Position numbers and translations under genes: made by a program
Assembly: GCA_016748015.1 (NCBI GenBank)
Contig: JAAOMT010000299.1
Span: forward strand, 595,090-659,089
Reading direction: 5' to 3'
From: Geosiphon pyriformis uo1
Lineage: Eukaryota > Fungi > Glomeromycota
DNA: 64,000 nucleotides
Part shown: positions 52,083 to 64,000 of the stretch, piece by piece
Layout of the letters: the number at the start of each line of letters is the position of its first letter
Position numbering within the stretch: the stretch's first letter is position 1
Notes under the pieces: generated by a model
Told to the model about the DNA's origin: nothing
The model's input: the letters and a program-made list of their open reading frames with translations, nothing else
The model's database searches: none

Positions 52083-55000
52083 TATTACAGGTTGGAATAA
52101 CAAGCTAACGGATAGCAAGGGAGAACAGGATTGTAAGATAATGAAAATAATCAAAGAGAAATTCAACTTTAAAGAGTGAATTGAATGAGTATGAATTCAA
52201 TGTGCAAGATCAGTCTCATAAAATATCTCAGTTGCTATTCTTTTCAAAGGTAACTGGGGAATCTGAAGGTAGAGAGATAGTCCATACTGTCAATAATTGA
52301 TCACCACTGGTATAATTTTATGCCTTATGTCGGCACTCTTAGAATTCAATATCAGATATCAACTTGTGCTTTTCAGTCACGCTTATTCAAATAATCTTCA
52401 AATACTACAATTATATACATTAGGAAAAGGCCAACAAGTAATTTTTTATTCAGATACTTGAAGATAGGAAAAGAGAAATTAGTAATAAGAGAAGAATTGA
52501 GATAAAAGTTGTTATTTTATTTATTCTTGATTATTCAAATGCTTGTTATTACATACTTTTCTATAGCTAAGAGATTCATTGCTTATATAGCTATCAAAAG
52601 TGGTCAATGATCAGATCAACGATCAGGTCAATGATCAGATTATTGATTAAGTCAACAGTTAGGTCAACGATTAGGTCATTGATCAGGTTAATGATCAGGT
52701 CAATGATCACTATCTAAAAATAGAGTGGCTAAATATATGACATTAGTGGCTAATACATGTGATAACTAATAAAAACTATGAGTTTCAACCATAACAATGG
52801 TACTTGGCTTTCTTGCCAGGTTTTTGGTCAAAGGTTTTTCTAAGGATATCATAGTAGGGCCAGCAGATCAGCTTGCCATTTACAATGATTCCTTCTCTGT
52901 CAGCTTTGACATTGTCCAATGGTCTGCCATTGCTGATAAAAGTGGTATAGGCAAGTTCAGCAGTTTCTTATTGTTCTTCTTGTTTTTCTTCTTTATCACT
53001 CTCTTCATCATCTGATTCCTCTGATTGTTCTTCTTCCTGGTTCTGCTTGGATACTGGAGGAATTGTTCAATGGTGGCACTTAACCACAATGGGTTTTTCA
53101 CCACATCTGATGGTTAGTTCACAAAGTTCATAGTTGAGTAAGGCTTTTGCTTTCTTGAGCCACTCATTGCCAACAATAATGGTGTACTCTTTTACTTCAG
53201 ATAATTCTATGTCAGTTTCAATGCTGATGCCATTAATGCGAACAGGAATAGCTTTGGTTATACCAAGCTCTTTTTTTTTGTCACCGTGTACATTGGTCAT
53301 TGGTCTAGTTGAGGGTTCATCAATCTTTCTTCCAATGGCTTCCAGAAAATGTTTGGCAATGATGCTAACAAATAACCCACTATTCAGAATCAAATCAATA
53401 AAGTAACCAGCCACTTGTGCTTTACAAATTAGAGGAGTGACATTGCTATTGTCAGCAAGTCCAGCTTGGCGAGGGTGCTTGTTAGTCTTTGGTGTTTTCT
53501 TCTTAGGAATTAAGAATTTACGAAGATCTTTTCTGAACTGTGGATGGGTCATCAATTAGCCAAAAGTAATATAAGCTAGGGTTTCCATGAGATCTTTTAC
53601 AACAGAATATGGACCAGATTTTTGTACAATTTCTGGGGGTTCTAACTTTGGAGGATTTTTAAACACTTTAGCCTTTGGTGGCTCTTTGTTATCAGCAGTT
53701 GATATGGATGCTTTGTTTAGATCTAGAATAAAATCAACCTTGGCTTTCTTCTTTTTTCTTGTTGTTTCTGAGATGTTAATTGCTAGTTTATCCATGTCAT
53801 GGTTATTATCAGTTAAATTAAAAGCATAAAAGGGGTTTTCTTCTGGTTGGCTTGTACTCTCACCCTTTGGAGGTGCACCTACCAGTTTAAAGGCTGATAA
53901 ACAGTGGCTTCAACTAAGGGATCCTCTCCAAAGAAATTAATGTTGGCATGATTAGATCTTTGATTGAGGGCATTGTTGTTAATGGGTCTGTTGTTTTGAT
54001 TATTATTCTTTTTGGGAGCTGGAGGGGGTAAAAGAGGATTGTTGCAATTTCTTGAGAAATGTCCAGTTAATCTACAATGATAACACACAGGTGGGCCACG
54101 ATTTTGTTGTCTTTGATAAGGTGGTTGCTGAGGCTGATTGAAGCGTGGCTCAAATCTGGGTCTTTGGGGTTGCTGATTATCTCTGACTGCTTGGGCTAAT
54201 GGTTCTAATAGCCAAGCAAAATTTGCTGTGAGTCTATCTATTAACTGTTCATTTGGGTCTTGAGTTTGGGTGGCAAAAGAAGTAGCAGTCATTTGGAGAA
54301 CAGGAGCCATAACAGGAGCAGAAGCAAAAATTGAAAGTGTAGATCCAAGATGCATTCTTTGATTGTCTTCTATTTGCTGGGCAAGTTCAATGGCCATATC
54401 TATTGTGGGATTATCTTTCAGGGCCAGAAGGGGCCAAAGAGCATATGAGAAATCAGTTCTCAATCTTTTTGTAAAGGAATGAATCTTTTGCTCTTCTGTC
54501 TAATTTTTACCAGAGTCTACACATTTGATTAGTTTTCTGATTGCTTTAACATATTCAGTCACGACTTCACCAGGACCTTGGGTTCTCCTTTCTAATTCCA
54601 TACACCATTTAGAGATTAAAATAGGAGTTCTGAATTTCATTTCAAATCAGGTAGTAAATGAGGTGTTATCTTCTCCAGCATTTGCCAGTGTCCACCTAAT
54701 AATTCTTTGCTGGGCATTGACATTGGTTTCTTGAGAAAACCAAGTAGCAGGAGAGCCTTGAAGATAACCACCAACAATTTGGAATTTGTATTCATTATCA
54801 TATTGGTTTGTAGTGGCAGCTCTTTCAAAATCATCCAGCCATTCAATTGGATCTTGTGTGTTACCTTTGAATAGTGGTAGTGGAGTATTATTTCTTCTTC
54901 CCAAGGCAGTTTGTATACCTTGGAGGGTGATCAAAATGTTTTGTTGCATAGGGTTTTGGGCCATTGGTTCAGGAGTAACTGTTTGTGTGGAATGTTCTGA

Positions 55001-56136
55001 TTCACTTGAGAAGAGATCAAAAACAGGAGCAGTTTGGTAACTTTTTTCTTCTATTTCAAGGAGAGTTTCAACTGATTGATGAATAATAATCCAAATATGG
55101 ATTTGATAATTCAGATAATCAAAATCAGGGAGCTGTTGTTCAAAGATTATTGAGTATAAAAGTTGGTTGATGCTATTGTTTCTTTCTTTAAAGTTATCTT
55201 CAAAATAAGCTTAGTCAAAGTAATAGGTTGTATAAGCTGTGTAGGTTTCAGCTGAATGCTCATTTAGAAACCAGTTCCAAAAGTTTTGGAATTGTCTGCT
55301 GGATTGTTCTTCAAGGGGAAAACAAATCAAACAGAAGGGCAAAGGATTGAGTTCAATAAAGTCTAGATTGTTTCTGTTGTGTGCTTCAAAGTGTTCTTCT
55401 GATTGTTGTGGCAGGTATGAATAATCACTCATACAATAGGAAACAAAGTGGATTTTGACAACCTTACAGGGAGCACCACTTTTATGTTATGAGTTGGTGT
55501 AACAAGCTAATGGATAGCAAGGGAGAACAGGATTGTAGGGTGATGGAAATAATCAAAGGGAATTCAACTTCAAAGAGCGAATTGAATGAGTATGGATTCA
55601 ATGTGCAAGATCAGTCTCATAAAATATCTTAGTCACTATTCTTTTCAAAGGTAACTGGGGAATCTGAAGGTAGAGGGATAGTCTGTACTGTCAACAAATG
55701 ATCACACTTGGTATAATTCTATGCCTCACATTGGCACTCTTAGAATTCAATATCAAGTATCAGATGTGCTCTTCAGTCACATTTTATTCAATAATCTTTA
55801 AATGCTACAATTATATACATCAGGAAAAGGCCAACAAGTAATCTTTTATCTTTTAAAATGTTTGGATACTTGAAGGTAGAGAAAGAAAAATTAGCAATAA
55901 GAAAAGGATTGAGGTGAAAGTTGTTGTTTTATTTATTCTTGATTATTTAAATGCTTGTTATTACATGCTTTTCTACAGCTGAAAGATTCATCACTTATAT
56001 AGCTATCAAAAGTGGTCAATGATCAGGTCAACAACTAGGTCAATGATCATTATCTAAAAATAGAGTGACTAATTATGTGACATTAGTGGCTGATACATGT
56101 GATAATTAATATAAACTATGAGATTCAACCATAACA
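52083..56136 (-). mobile_element. GA copy 2, internally deleted (LTR-gag-PR-LTR)
   Basis: LTRs 52083-52796 and 55485-56136; TSD ATAG at 52079-52082 and 56137-56140; gag/PR 55432-52800; no RT, RH, IN or PPT. Confidence 0.92.
52600..52710. repeat. 12-bp GATCAGGTCAAY tandem array in GA LTR U3 (about 2-9 units depending on copy)
   Basis: ~9 units here, ~5 at 49655-49715, ~3 at 56013-56050, ~2 at 22674-22695 and 63668-63692. Confidence 0.85.
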
Positions 56137-58715
56137 ATAGCACAGGTCATACTGATTCCAAAGCCAAAAGAATGAGGTGGCAATATTGACATCACCAGAC
56201 TGATCACACTCATTAAAAGCACTAGAAAGATCTTAACAAAGATTTTAACTGCAAGAATATCAAAAGCATGTAAGCTCCACAACATTCTAAAAAGTTATAA
56301 CACCTCAGTTTTGAAGAATACATCTATAGCAGTGCCAATTCATGTGATTAATGCTGTTGCTGAGCATGTAAGAGAATTTGACAATGAGGCTTGGTTTACA
56401 TTTCAGGACATGAAAAAAGCATATGACTCAATGGGATGAAAACCCATGAAAGCTGCACTAAGGAGGATTAAAATGAACAATAGGTTTACTGAGCTATTTG
56501 GCTTAATGCACAACAATAGAAGTAATAGAATCATAACTGAGTTTGGATTAAGTGACAAATATCAAGTACAAGATGGATTAGATCAAGGAGAAACAAGCTT
56601 ACCCATCATGTGGAAGATCTTCTATGACCTCTTACTGTGTGAAGTAAAACAAGCAAATTACCACCAGGGATACCAATTAACAGCTAAATGGAAAAAGTGG
56701 GACAATCAACCAGATACACAATCCTTAATAGCATCAGTAAACCACTTTGCCTTTGTTGATGACACAGTGTGGATAGCTAACTCAAAACAAGAAATGCAGA
56801 GTATTCTGGACACTGCCAGCTCCTTTTTTAGAATGGTAGATATTGAGATCAACTTAGATAAAACTGAAACAATGGTAGTCAGACCCTCCAAAAGGAAATC
56901 ATTGTTGGTTGAGCCACTGAAATTTGGGCCAAACAAACAACTCTTAAAATTGTTGGATCCATCTACATGCATCTGATATTTGGAGATGTGGATCAGAGCA
57001 GATAAAAAAAATGAAACTGTGCTGAAAATAATAGGATCCGATATTGAAACAGTGTATGGAATTATTAGGAAGAAACACATCACTGAAAAACAGATGATTT
57101 ACATTTTCAACAGTGTACTCAGTCCTGCAATAGAATTTAGATCTCAATTGACCCATATTCCAAATAGCTGGACCAGAAGATGGACCTCAAAGATCTTAGC
57201 TACTGTAAAGAAGAAGGCAAAACTTTCAGTAGATTTCCCAGCCAGTACCATGCATCACTCATCTTTGTACAACTTGTTCAAAATTGATAATATACAAGCA
57301 AAAAGCAAGATCACAGATTTGTTGGTTAGATTGAACAGTAATAATATTACTGGAATGGTTTCAAAAATCAGATTAGCCAACTTGCAGGCACAAAGATAGT
57401 CAGCTTATAGCATACTTAAATATCTCACTAAGGAATGATCTAATTCAGGAGTTAATCTTATAGCAGATAATGGAAGAAAGGAGCATCTCATTCAAAAGCT
57501 CTAGTAACACACATGGAGTACCTGAATCTTCAAGACCACATGCACACTTAATTGAGACTGTTATAGCTTCAGGTGCAACCTACACTAAAGTTAGAGACTT
57601 ACTAAGAAAGGAGAACATTTTGTATTTGTATCAGGTACAGAATATGGATGAATTGCTAATGACATGGATGGACTTCACAAGGAGGTACAGACAAAATAAC
57701 AGTGGTAGAATACCCAGATAGTTTAAAGTACTAGAATCAACAATCATTATAGATGAATACAAGAACATTGATGTAGCCCAATGTGAAGCATTGGAGATAC
57801 ACAAATTAGATACCCAAATACCAGATGATCTGGAAACAATGCAAAGAGACTCTATTTACATCCATATTCCTGACACCTTATTACCACAATGGAGGAGAGT
57901 ATGAGAAAAGTTGAGGCTCAGAAAGGAAATAGAGATATCAACAGATGGCTCATTGGTAAAAGCTGGTTCTGTGGAAGCTAGAAGAGCAGCTGCTTTTGTA
58001 ATACATAGAATGGAAGCCAGCTATAGTATAGCAGTTAATAGAACATTGTCATCAACAAAAACTGAGGCTAAGGCTGTATTATTGGCTTTGGAGGCAGTAC
58101 CATATAAATGCAAACTGATATTAAACACAGATAGTTAAGCAGTAGTATCAATGGCTCAGAAACAGTTGTCTAAAGATTTCCCCTTGTCTATTAGGAATCA
58201 GCTCAAAACTCCTAACTGGCATACATAGAATGCAATCAAAGCAGTAATAGGTGAAAAAAAGATTGATCTTACCATAAACAAAGTGGCTGCACACACTGGA
58301 GTATTTGAAAATGAGAAGGCTGATAAACTAGCCAAAGAAGCTACTGCTTTTGACACAGTAGGATGGGCCTACAATGCCAAGAATGTCAGTTATGTTCTCT
58401 TTTGCAGAGAAGTTGAATTGGATTTAAATATTAGACACTTTCTAAGCCAACAGACTGGATAAACAATGACAAAGTCTAGGGGACATTAGGACTTTTGAAC
58501 TGAAAGATAGACTGAGAGTGCACAACCAAGGTTTGGAACTGGAATGGTAAAATGTCTTCAGGCTTTACCTTAGCTGGTTCTTTAGCAATGCATACATTTA
58601 TTATGAAATCATTTCATAACATGCTGCCAACAGCAGAGGTGCTGTACAACAGACGTCCTTTGGTGTATCTAAACAATCTTTGTAAGATATGTCATATGGA
58701 AGTAAAGACCCAGTT

Positions 58716-61700
58716 GGAAAAACTTTTTTCTCTCTTTGACTACTACCACACAATTTACTATGCCTCAAATTTGAAAAATAAGTTTTTTGCAAAGAAACTG
58801 TTAATTATAATTAATTCCTATTATTATCACAACAAACTTAAAAGTGTCTGATAACAATGTCAACAGTGAAGTGACACTAGTCATGCAAAGAAGTACAAGT
58901 GTAGAGACTATTGATAGTGAATACCAAGTGGAGAGAAACATAATTTCTATCGCTAAAAGAAAAAGTGTAAACAACAATCCACAAAATTCATCAACTGTAA
59001 AAACTGCAAGACCTATTACACCTCTATTTAGATTTGAAACTACCAATAGACCATTTGGAAGTGTGAACACAAGTAGTAGAGACAATACACCCTTTAGAAT
59101 AGCCAACACATTGAAAAGAACAGCTCCACATAGGAGAGCAACAGACTTTTCTCCAATAACAGCTAACAGATTAGAGGAAAAAGCCAACAAAAAATACAGA
59201 CACATTGGAAGAATAAGTGTAAAAGGGCTAACTGAAAGATTCAACCAAATAACTGAAGAGGACCTACCCAAAAACACATCTGTTCAAACCAATAACTTTG
59301 TCTTGTAACCAATGTTCAACAAAGGTGAAAACAGCAACAAATTTCAAATGGAAGCTTGGACTGGGGAAAAGAAAGCCTCAAAGTCCCTGAAAAAAGTGGA
59401 TAAACCATCCAAAACACCTAAAAAAGACAAAGAAAGAGCTGCACAAATAGAAGCAGCTTTGAGAAAATGCAATTCTGACATTTTAGACAGGATCAACAGA
59501 GGAAATTTTGCGACAGAGAATGATGAACATATGGACAACCCATTTGATACAAACAAAGATAAGCCTAACTTGGATGATGCTGCAGAAAACATAGAAGATT
59601 CTGAATCAAGCCTATTAAGCAGGATGGCTAGTCCAAGTCCAAGCCAATATAGTAGTAAATCTCTTGGCAAAAAACCCATGCTTATGGAAGCAAACCAAAA
59701 GGAAGGATAGAGAATGGTGGTCCATGGGACCAAAAGACATGTACTTTTCATGCAAGCATTAGATGTACCAGAAAAAATCATGAGAAAGAAAGTGGGGTGG
59801 ATTTATGATCTCTTGGGAGATGTCAATTACCTCTTGGGGGCTGTAATGGCTAGAAACCAAGATATCAGAATTGATTTTTTCCAAGTGGCTGGAAGAGACC
59901 AAGCCAGAGAAATCCTGACAAATAAGGAAATTGAATCATTTTTGATGGCTACTAATGGTGTCAACAACCAAATGGCTGGTCAAAAAAAAGTCCTGGTGAG
60001 AGATATCCCCTTGGACATCTCAGACAGAGAGGTGGGGGCTGCCATGAAAGAATTTGGGGAGGTTAAGAAAATTCAAATCAGTGTAGCCAGCAAATGGCAA
60101 TCAGCAGTGGTTGAATATAACAACCAAGAAGAGGCAACCAGAACTGCAAACCAATAGTCTACCATGGTCAGGAAAGATGCAGTCAGAATCTACCCAATGA
60201 TTGGGACCCAAAAGATCATTGAGCAGAGAAAAGCCTGGGAAGCTAAATTGGTAGGCCTACCACAAAACTGTACTGCTCACTACTTGAGCACCACTCTGGA
60301 TCAAATTAAAGCCCGATCTTGTTTCATCCCAAAAACTAGCAAAAATTATACAAGGATGGGCTGTGCTTATGTAGGATTTGACAGTGAAGCTAGCTGCAAC
60401 AATGCCACCAAAAAGCCCTTGGTGATTGGTGACACACTGGTCCACTGGATGCCTACTGATGCAAAAAAGTGCCACTTCTGTTATCAGGTGGGACATCTGG
60501 TCTCAAAATATCCAACTCTGCATAAGAAGAAAGAAGGAGATACCAAGAAAGTTACCAGAGGAAAACATCAAGGCCTTTGGTGGAAAATCATATGCTGAAA
60601 TGGCTGCCCTCAGACTGCTCCATAATCGGATCAACACCAATCCAAACAGTACCCAGAAACCTGGTCCACAGGTAAACAATAGAGGAGAACAATCAAAGAA
60701 AGGAGTCAACCAACCATGGAAGGCTGAAATTAATGAATTAAGACAGCAGATTAATGAAATGGCAAAACTGCTGAGTGCAGTTGCTGCCAAACTTGGAAGG
60801 AGAGAAAAAAGTAACAATTACTCAACAGCCAAGTAACACCTCAGAGGAAAAAATAGAGATAAAGAATAGGTTACCAAGCCAAAGTACTACAGTTAAATCT
60901 ACCCCAGCAGGGAAAAAAGAGGTGTACAACCCAGAACTAGAAATCAAAGAAATTAAAAAAACATTGGAACCCATTCTGGAGTTATTAAAGCAAGTGAAAA
61001 AACAGGATAGCTGGAGCAGTTCTACTGCTGGAGAATCTAAATCTATGGAAACAAATGATGTGTAGCACATCTGATTCCAACATAGAACAGAACTACTCCA
61101 ATAACAACACTTGGAAAATTGGTACTGTTAATGTTAGAGGACTGAATAATTCTGGTAAAGCTGAAGAGATGCTACATTGGGTTATTGATGAACAATTTGA
61201 CTTTGTGATTGTTACAGAAACTAAACTGACTCCAACAAAAGAAAAGGGTGTATTTTTTGGTTCTGAAGAATATTATGCCTTTTGGAAGTCAAGTGCAGAG
61301 AAACAAATGGGAACTGGTGTTGGCATACTGGTCAAAAAATGTTGGATACACCATGTTGAAACAATCAAGGGATATCAAGGAAGACTGTTACATTTGGGGT
61401 TGAAATTTAGAGGAAAAATTAGTGTGCACATAGTAGGGCTGTACATGCCTGCTTCCAAATTGCCTATTGAGAGAGCAGTGGCTAAAGAAATCAGAAAACT
61501 TTTGAGGGACATTGTGCAAAACAAAGAGATAATCATAGTTACAGGTGATTTGAATGAAGATCTGTCATCCAAATCACTTGAAAAAACATATGTTACAAAT
61601 AAAGTCAAAGCTTGTCCCACTGCTGCAACATTACAACAGATAAATTTAGTGAATATGCATAAGATGTATGCAACAAACAATCCAGAAAAGACATGGGCAT

Positions 61701-63141
61701 CTAATGGAGTACAAAAAAGATTGGATTATGTGTTTACTGATGCAGTTACAGCCTCACATTGGGGTGATTGATGTCAATGAATCATTTAGCACTGATCACA
61801 AAGCAGTAGTCACAATTATTTGATCCAACAGGATCTTGGCAGGCAATAAAAAATCTAGATCAGAAAGAAAGAAGAGTAGCACAACTATGATTGATGTTAA
61901 AAAAGCATCTGGAATGCAATGGGAGATCTATGCAAAAGAAACTGATTGATTGACAGATGAAGTACAAAGAAAATCAGTAGATAACAGCTAAACCTGATGT
62001 GGCTTACAATTAAGGAGACTGTATTACAAGCTGCTGATTGCCTACCAAAGAAGAAAGTAGGAGCCTGATCTGCACACACAAAGAAAGAATGCATGAATCA
62101 CAAGCTTGTTAAGATTGTTGCTGATATAATCAAACAAATAAGAGTAAACAATGCAGATATGCATGATAACAATGTTTTGCAGTTGTTGGCTAAATGGAAA
62201 CAGTTGAAACCTGAGACAGTTAGTGCATATCTGATGACTCTTCCAAAGAATGAGCTTATTACAGAATTACTCAATATTAAGAAAGAATACAGATCAACAC
62301 TGCATGCTAAGATCAGGATACAACAACAGAGGCAGATAGTGGACAATATCATCAAAAGACAACAAAACTTCAATCTAAACAAAGGAGCTATAATCAAAAG
62401 CATTCTGAGCAGAAAAAAACAAAGAATTGTACTGGATTATGTCATTAAAGAAGGTGAATTTCATGATAATCCTGATGAAATTAAAAAGCTAGTAAACAAA
62501 AAAGCCCAAGGGTGGACTAGAACAAGAATCCTTGAGCCTGATCTATGGAAAAGTTGGGAACACAGATTTGAGCCAATTAAAAGCATTCCAGACCATGCCT
62601 TTGATGGTGTAATGGATGAAATAACTAATGAAGAATTTAAACACATATTGAGCCACACACCCCATAACAAAGCTTCTGGTCCATCAGGTATTCAAGCTGA
62701 ACTATGGAAGAAGGCTGGGCCTAACACCAAGTCTAAACTGAAAACATTGCTCAGCACTTGCATTAAAGCAGCAAACATGCCTGAGGAGTGGAGAGTTGCA
62801 CAGGTTATACTGATTTCAAAGCCAAAAGAATGGGGTGGCAATATTGACATCACCAGGCTGATTACACTCATTGAGAGCACCAGAAAAATCTTAACAAAGA
62901 TTCTAACTGCAAGAATATCAAAAGCATGTGAACTCTACAATGTTCTAAAAGGTTACAATATCTCAGTATTAAAGAATACCTCCACAGCAGTGCCAATTCA
63001 TGTGATTAATGCTGTTGCTGAACATGCAAGAGAATTTGGTAATGAGGCCTGGTTTACATTCCAGGACATGAAAAAGACATATGATTCAGTGGGATGAAAA
63101 CCCATGGAAGCTGCACTAAAGAGAATTAAGATAAACAATAG
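58716..63141 (+). mobile_element. LINE-B copy 2 (5' UTR, ~740-codon ORF1 58844-61065, ORF2 from 61055), interrupted by GA3
   Basis: RRM KKVLVRDIPLD..FGEV..AVVEY; CHFCYQVGH knuckle; APE 61055-61771; RT start 62093-63097. Confidence 0.92.
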
Positions 63142-64000
63142 TGTTATGGATTGGTGTAACAAGTTAATGGATAGCAAGGAAGAACAGGATTGTAGGGTGA
63201 TGGAAATAATCAAAGGGAATTCAACTTCAAAGAGCAAATTGAATGAGTATGAATTCAATGTGTGAGATCAGTCTCATAAAATATCTCAGTCACTATTCTT
63301 TTCAAAGGTAACTGGGGAATCTGAAGATAGAAGAATAGTCCGTACTGTCAACAAATGATCACACTTGGTATAATTCTATGCCTCATGTTGGCACTCTTAG
63401 AATTTAATATCAAGTATTAGATGTGCTCTTCAGTTGCGTTTTATTCAATAATCTTCAAATGCTACAATTATATACGTTAGGAAAAGGCCAACAAGTAATT
63501 TTTTATCTTTAAAATGTTTAGATACTTGAAGGTAGGGAAAGAGAAATTAGCAATAAGAGAAGAATTGAGGTGAAAGTTGTTGTTTTATTTATTCTTGATT
63601 ATTCAGATGCTTGTTATTACATGTTTTTCTACAGCTGAAAAATTCATTGCTTATATAGCTATCAAAAGTGGTCAATGATTAAGTCAATGATTACTATCTA
63701 AAAATAGAGTGACTAATTATGTGACATCAGTGGCTGATACATGTGATAATAATTAAAAACTATGAGATTCAACCATAACATCATCCTCTCCAAAGAGATT
63801 GAGCTCTGGCAAAATCAAACTATTTATGAAGTATTCTAATTGAAGTGTTTTATCTAACTCAAAACTAACTAGTTTGTTAAAGTCTTTTGTGGATAAGGTG
63901 TATAATACTTGGGGCGAAATGAGCTTTGTATCCAAGAGACCAAATCTTTGTATAAGAGTTTTGGCTCTTCTTGCAATGGTCAAAACTCTTGGGACATCTA
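63142..64000 (-). mobile_element. GA copy 3, 3' end (3' LTR 63142-63780, PPT, ORF3 C-terminus); continues beyond the window
   Basis: LTR homology; GGAGAGGATGA PPT on the minus strand; ORF 63753-63983. Confidence 0.9.

Larger units (their letters stand above)
50245..58715 (+). mobile_element. LINE-B (ORF1 end and ORF2 APE-RT-RNaseH), split by GA2 and truncated at its zinc knuckle by LINE-B copy 2
   Basis: GTINVRGLN, AGDLN, RLDY; frame EWKI|AQVILIPKP joins 52082 to 56141; FVDDTVW; STDGSL..NTDS; CKICHMEVKTQ at ~58680-58712. Confidence 0.9.

Noticed and set aside
52180-52300. Intact intron-containing tRNA-Met gene in the GA LTR
   Set aside because: Only the anticodon/variable arm matches; no TTCG T-loop, pairing T-stem or acceptor stem
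58844-59308. Separate ORF0 in LINE-B
   Set aside because: The TAA at 59306 is CAA in the other copy (~22526) and the next ORF is in frame, so it is a mutational stop inside ORF1

Overview
Eukaryotic, AT-rich DNA, most likely from an early-diverging fungus (Glomeromycotina/Geosiphon-like; this is inference from intron size and TE protein style). It holds one host gene, a 16-exon MCM4 on the minus strand (15808-19692) with MCB/SCB-type promoter boxes, in a CpG-retaining island. The rest is decayed retrotransposon. There are two APE-RT-RNaseH LINE families (LINE-A at 245-6982, 7550-8152, 8534-15266 and a relic at ~20040-21925; LINE-B at 21948-22583, 50245-58715 and 58716-63141). There are also three Ty3/Gypsy LTR families (GA, GC, GD), nested five deep with resolvable 4-bp TSDs. 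All TE ORFs are broken by C>T/G>A transitions. The most unusual signals are: (i) all three Gypsy families end RT-RNaseH with a stop and encode integrase as a separate ATG-initiated ORF behind a 59-62 nt A/C-rich spacer, followed by a shared non-env ORF3; (ii) U5 sequences complementary to the anticodon/variable arm of elongator tRNA-Met, the probable primer, in two unrelated LTR families; (iii) a covarying pseudoknotted four-helix RNA between the LINE-A ORF2 stop and the poly(A) tail; (iv) a multi-CxxC domain plus dUTPase between protease and RT. Coordinates were counted by hand, and element edges in the AT-rich tracts are approximate.
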